Shown here piece after piece: positions 44,185 through 46,387 of a DNA stretch of 46,387 bases. This DNA is from Miltoncostaeaceae bacterium (GTDB lineage Bacteria > Actinomycetota > Thermoleophilia > Miltoncostaeales > Miltoncostaeaceae), in NCBI GenBank assembly GCA_030598395.1, contig JAUVPZ010000001.1, forward strand, positions 1 through 46,387, read 5' to 3'. The position numbers and the translations under genes are program-made. A model generated the notes under the pieces. It was not told where the DNA came from. It was given only the letters and a program-made list of their open reading frames with translations, and searched no databases. The first letter of the stretch is position 1; each line of letters starts with the position of its first letter.

Positions 44185-45336
44185 TCAGGTCTCTTCCAGC
44201 ACCTCGGCGTAGATGCGGCCGTAGGCGGTCGCCGCCGCGTCCCACGTGTAGTGCGCGGCGGTCTGGCGCGCCTCGGCGGCCAGGCGGCGGCGCAGGTCGT
44301 CGTCACGGGTCGCTCGCACCAGCAAGTCGGCAAGCTCGGTGGGGTGCCCCGCCGGGGCCATCAGACAGTCGCGCTCGGGGGTGAAGATCTCGCGGAAGAC
44401 CGGCAGGTCCGACAGCACGACCGGCCGGCCCGCTGCCGCCGCCTCGAGCGCCGCCAGCCCGAAGCCCTCGCGGGTGGACGGCAGCGCGAAGGCGTCGGCG
44501 GCCCGGTACAGCCCCGGCATCGCGTCGGCCGCCAGCGTGGGCAGCAGCACCACATCGGTGGCGTCGTCCACCTGTTCGCGGTCCACCCGGAGGCCCAGAC
44601 GCTCGGCGTCGTCGAAGAAGCGCTGCACGAAGCCGGGTGGGGCGGCGCCGCCGCCCACGATGGCCAGTAGCGCACCCGCGCCGATGCGGCCCTGGGCGCG
44701 CGCGAACGCCTCGAGCAGCGTGAGGCTGCCCTTGCGCGGGCCGATGCCGCCCACCGACAGCACGGTGGGCCGCCGCCCCCAGCCCATGCCGCGGCCAGCC
44801 GCGGCGCGGCTGAGCTGGCGGGATCGGAAGTGCGCGGCGTCGACGCCGTTCGGGACGACGTCGGCGCCCACGTCGAACTCGCGCTCGATGCGCTCGGCCC
44901 AGTACCGCGACGCGCAGACGCGCCGATCCGCGCCGGCCAGCGAGGCCCGCTGACGGTCCTCGGCGTCGGCATCCTCGGCGGTGGCGAGGTGGTGGACCGT
45001 GCGCACCACCGGCGGCCCTCCCGCGGGGCGCAGCGCGGTGCACGCGAGCCCCGACACCACGTCCTCGGCATGGAGCACCCGCGCGGGCGGCGCTGCTCGC
45101 AGGGCGCCGGCCAGCGTCTCGGCGCGCTCCGCGGCCGATTGCGCGCCCGCGGCCGGGATCAGGCGAGGACCGGACCCGGCCCGCGGAATCTCCGCGCCGG
45201 GCTCGACCAGCATCCACACCTCGACCGCCGGACCGGTGCCGGCAAGGTGCTCGGCTAGGCACTGGGCGTGAACCGCCTCGCCCACGGGGCCGGCGGCGCC
45301 GCAGACGATCCGGAGGATCTCGCCGCGTGCGAGCAT
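44185..45336 (-). CDS. glycosyltransferase family 4 (GT-B fold)
   Basis: ORF 44185..45354 (start ATG 45336 or 45354): C-terminal E-x7-E type region PSTREGFGLAALEAAAAGRPVV. Confidence 0.8.
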   Translation of the reverse strand: MLARGEILRIVCGAAGPVGEAVHAQCLAEHLAGTGPAVEVWMLVEPGAEIPRAGSGPRLIPAAGAQSAAERAETLAGALRAAPPARVLHAEDVVSGLACTALRPAGGPPVVRTVHHLATAEDADAEDRQRASLAGADRRVCASRYWAERIEREFDVGADVVPNGVDAAHFRSRQLSRAAAGRGMGWGRRPTVLSVGGIGPRKGSLTLLEAFARAQGRIGAGALLAIVGGGAAPPGFVQRFFDDAERLGLRVDREQVDDATDVVLLPTLAADAMPGLYRAADAFALPSTREGFGLAALEAAAAGRPVVLSDLPVFREIFTPERDCLMAPAGHPTELADLLVRATRDDDLRRRLAAEARQTAAHYTWDAAATAYGRIYAEVLEET

Positions 45337-45437
45337 GCCCGCAACGTGCCACACCGCGGGCCCGCCTGCTCGTGATTCACCGTCGAGTTAACCCTGAGCG
45401 CGTTCCTCCTCAGAGGCATGCCGGTAGCATTGCCGCG

Positions 45438-46355
45438 GTGAGCCATGCTCGCGAGCAGGCCGTTGCGGCCGAGGACGCCGGCGGACCGGAGGCCACCATC
45501 GCGGACGTCCGCCGGCGCGTCGCAGGGCGCGAGCCGCTGGTGGGGTCGCTGGCCGCCCAGTTCTTTCGCGCCGTGCACGCCGTCGACCCCTCGGCCGTGG
45601 AGGACTCCCTTGCTCCGCTGCCCGGCAACCGGGGCGTGCACCTCTACAACAACCTGATCGCGTGGGCCTCGATGGTGGCCGGCGAGCGCGTGCTGGACGT
45701 GGGCTGCGGCTCGGGCGGCGCGGCGCGTGCCGCCGCGCGCGTGGTGGGACCCTCGGGCTCGGTGGTGGCCATCGACCCCGTGCAGGAGACACTGGCCCGG
45801 GCCGCCGAGCGTACGCCGCCCAACACGAGCATCACCTACCGGCGCAGCGGCGTGGAGTCGATGCCGTTCCTTGCCGACCGCTCGTTCGACTGCGCGGTGG
45901 CCAGCCTGGTGTTCGAGGAGCTTCCCGACCTGGAGCGGGCGCTCGCCGAGATCTACCGCGTGCTGCGCCCCGGCGGGCGGCTGGTGGGCAGCGTGATGGC
46001 GTTCGACCGCCTGGGGCCCAGGGACAAGGTGTTCATGGGGGCCGTTGTCGCGGTGGTGGGCCTCCGCGCACCGGGGGGCCTGGCCGGACGGGCCAGCCGG
46101 GCCAGCATCCCGGACGAGCCGCCGGACAAGCGGGCCTTCGCCGACGCCGGCTTTCTCGCCGTGGAAGCGCAAGACGTGCAGCTTGCGCTGGTGATGGAGG
46201 AGGTCGAGGACGCCTGGCGGGTGTTCTCGCGCACCCACCTGGCCTACATGCTCGACGAGGAGGGCCAGCGGGACCTGCGGGCCGCGATCGCCGGCCGGCT
46301 CCCCCACACGCTGTACCTCCCGGTGCGCTTCCTGCGCACCCGCCGCCCCGGCTAG
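45438..46355 (+). CDS. class I SAM-dependent methyltransferase
   Basis: 3' part of ORF 45327..46355 from GTG 45438: SAM-binding motif VLDVGCGSGG, ...LRPGGRLV. Confidence 0.8.
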   Translation: MSHAREQAVAAEDAGGPEATIADVRRRVAGREPLVGSLAAQFFRAVHAVDPSAVEDSLAPLPGNRGVHLYNNLIAWASMVAGERVLDVGCGSGGAARAAARVVGPSGSVVAIDPVQETLARAAERTPPNTSITYRRSGVESMPFLADRSFDCAVASLVFEELPDLERALAEIYRVLRPGGRLVGSVMAFDRLGPRDKVFMGAVVAVVGLRAPGGLAGRASRASIPDEPPDKRAFADAGFLAVEAQDVQLALVMEEVEDAWRVFSRTHLAYMLDEEGQRDLRAAIAGRLPHTLYLPVRFLRTRRPG

Positions 46356-46387
46356 TGTCCTGAGCCGGAAGTTCGTCGCATGTTTCG

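Overview
This is a very GC-rich window (over 70% by eye, not computed) that looks like an Actinomycetota chromosome, possibly a deep-branching class such as Thermoleophilia or Rubrobacteria; the taxon is my inference. It is densely coding. I found no rRNA, CRISPR array, transposase, integrase or obvious prophage.

Layout:
- 1-19.9 kb (almost all minus strand): a conserved housekeeping block. In transcription order it reads tlpA-like, tilS, hpt, folP, folB, folK, DUF2469, coaX, dus, greA, lysS, rpsR, clpC, radA, carD, PIN/TRAM (yacL-like), ispD, a PHP phosphoesterase, ispF, cysS. Two plus-strand insertions interrupt it: a small membrane protein, and a small acidic ORF followed by DUF72.
- 20-24.8 kb: PAP2 phosphatase, a stand-alone argF, a DUF2007-FIST pair, a low-GC promoter island driving a 134-aa basic/coiled-coil protein, and a Zn-dependent alcohol dehydrogenase.
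- 24.9-33.6 kb: a compact eight-gene hopanoid cluster (polyprenyl synthase, hpnH, hpnG, hpnA, shc, hpnC, hpnD, hpnE), mostly joined by 4-nt stop/start overlaps.
- 33.7-36.3 kb: uncharacterised genes (Zn-ribbon protein, DMT-like membrane protein, PAP2_C-type enzyme, basic-tail protein).
- 36.4-41.9 kb: a glutamate decarboxylase operon with a membrane-anchored partner, an orphan protein, tRNA-Leu(UAA), a Ppx/GppA operon, and a 326-aa hypothetical.
- 41.9-46.4 kb: a candidate 36-codon sORF ahead of a Get3/ArsA-like ATPase pair, a GT4 glycosyltransferase, and a SAM methyltransferase.

I see no clear novel defence or mobile system. The points most worth follow-up are:
- the hopanoid cluster together with its structured upstream region (a 12-15 bp inverted repeat) and a recurrent CGGAACGGTAA motif;
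- the gad operon partners;
- the sORF plus ArsA-like pair;
- the PHP gene wedged between ispD and ispF;
- the fact that the only in-frame TTA codon I could find in about 58 CDSs is codon 2 of ispD, in a window that also encodes tRNA-Leu(UAA).

All family calls rest on motif recognition in the supplied translations and my own hand translations. No database search was possible.
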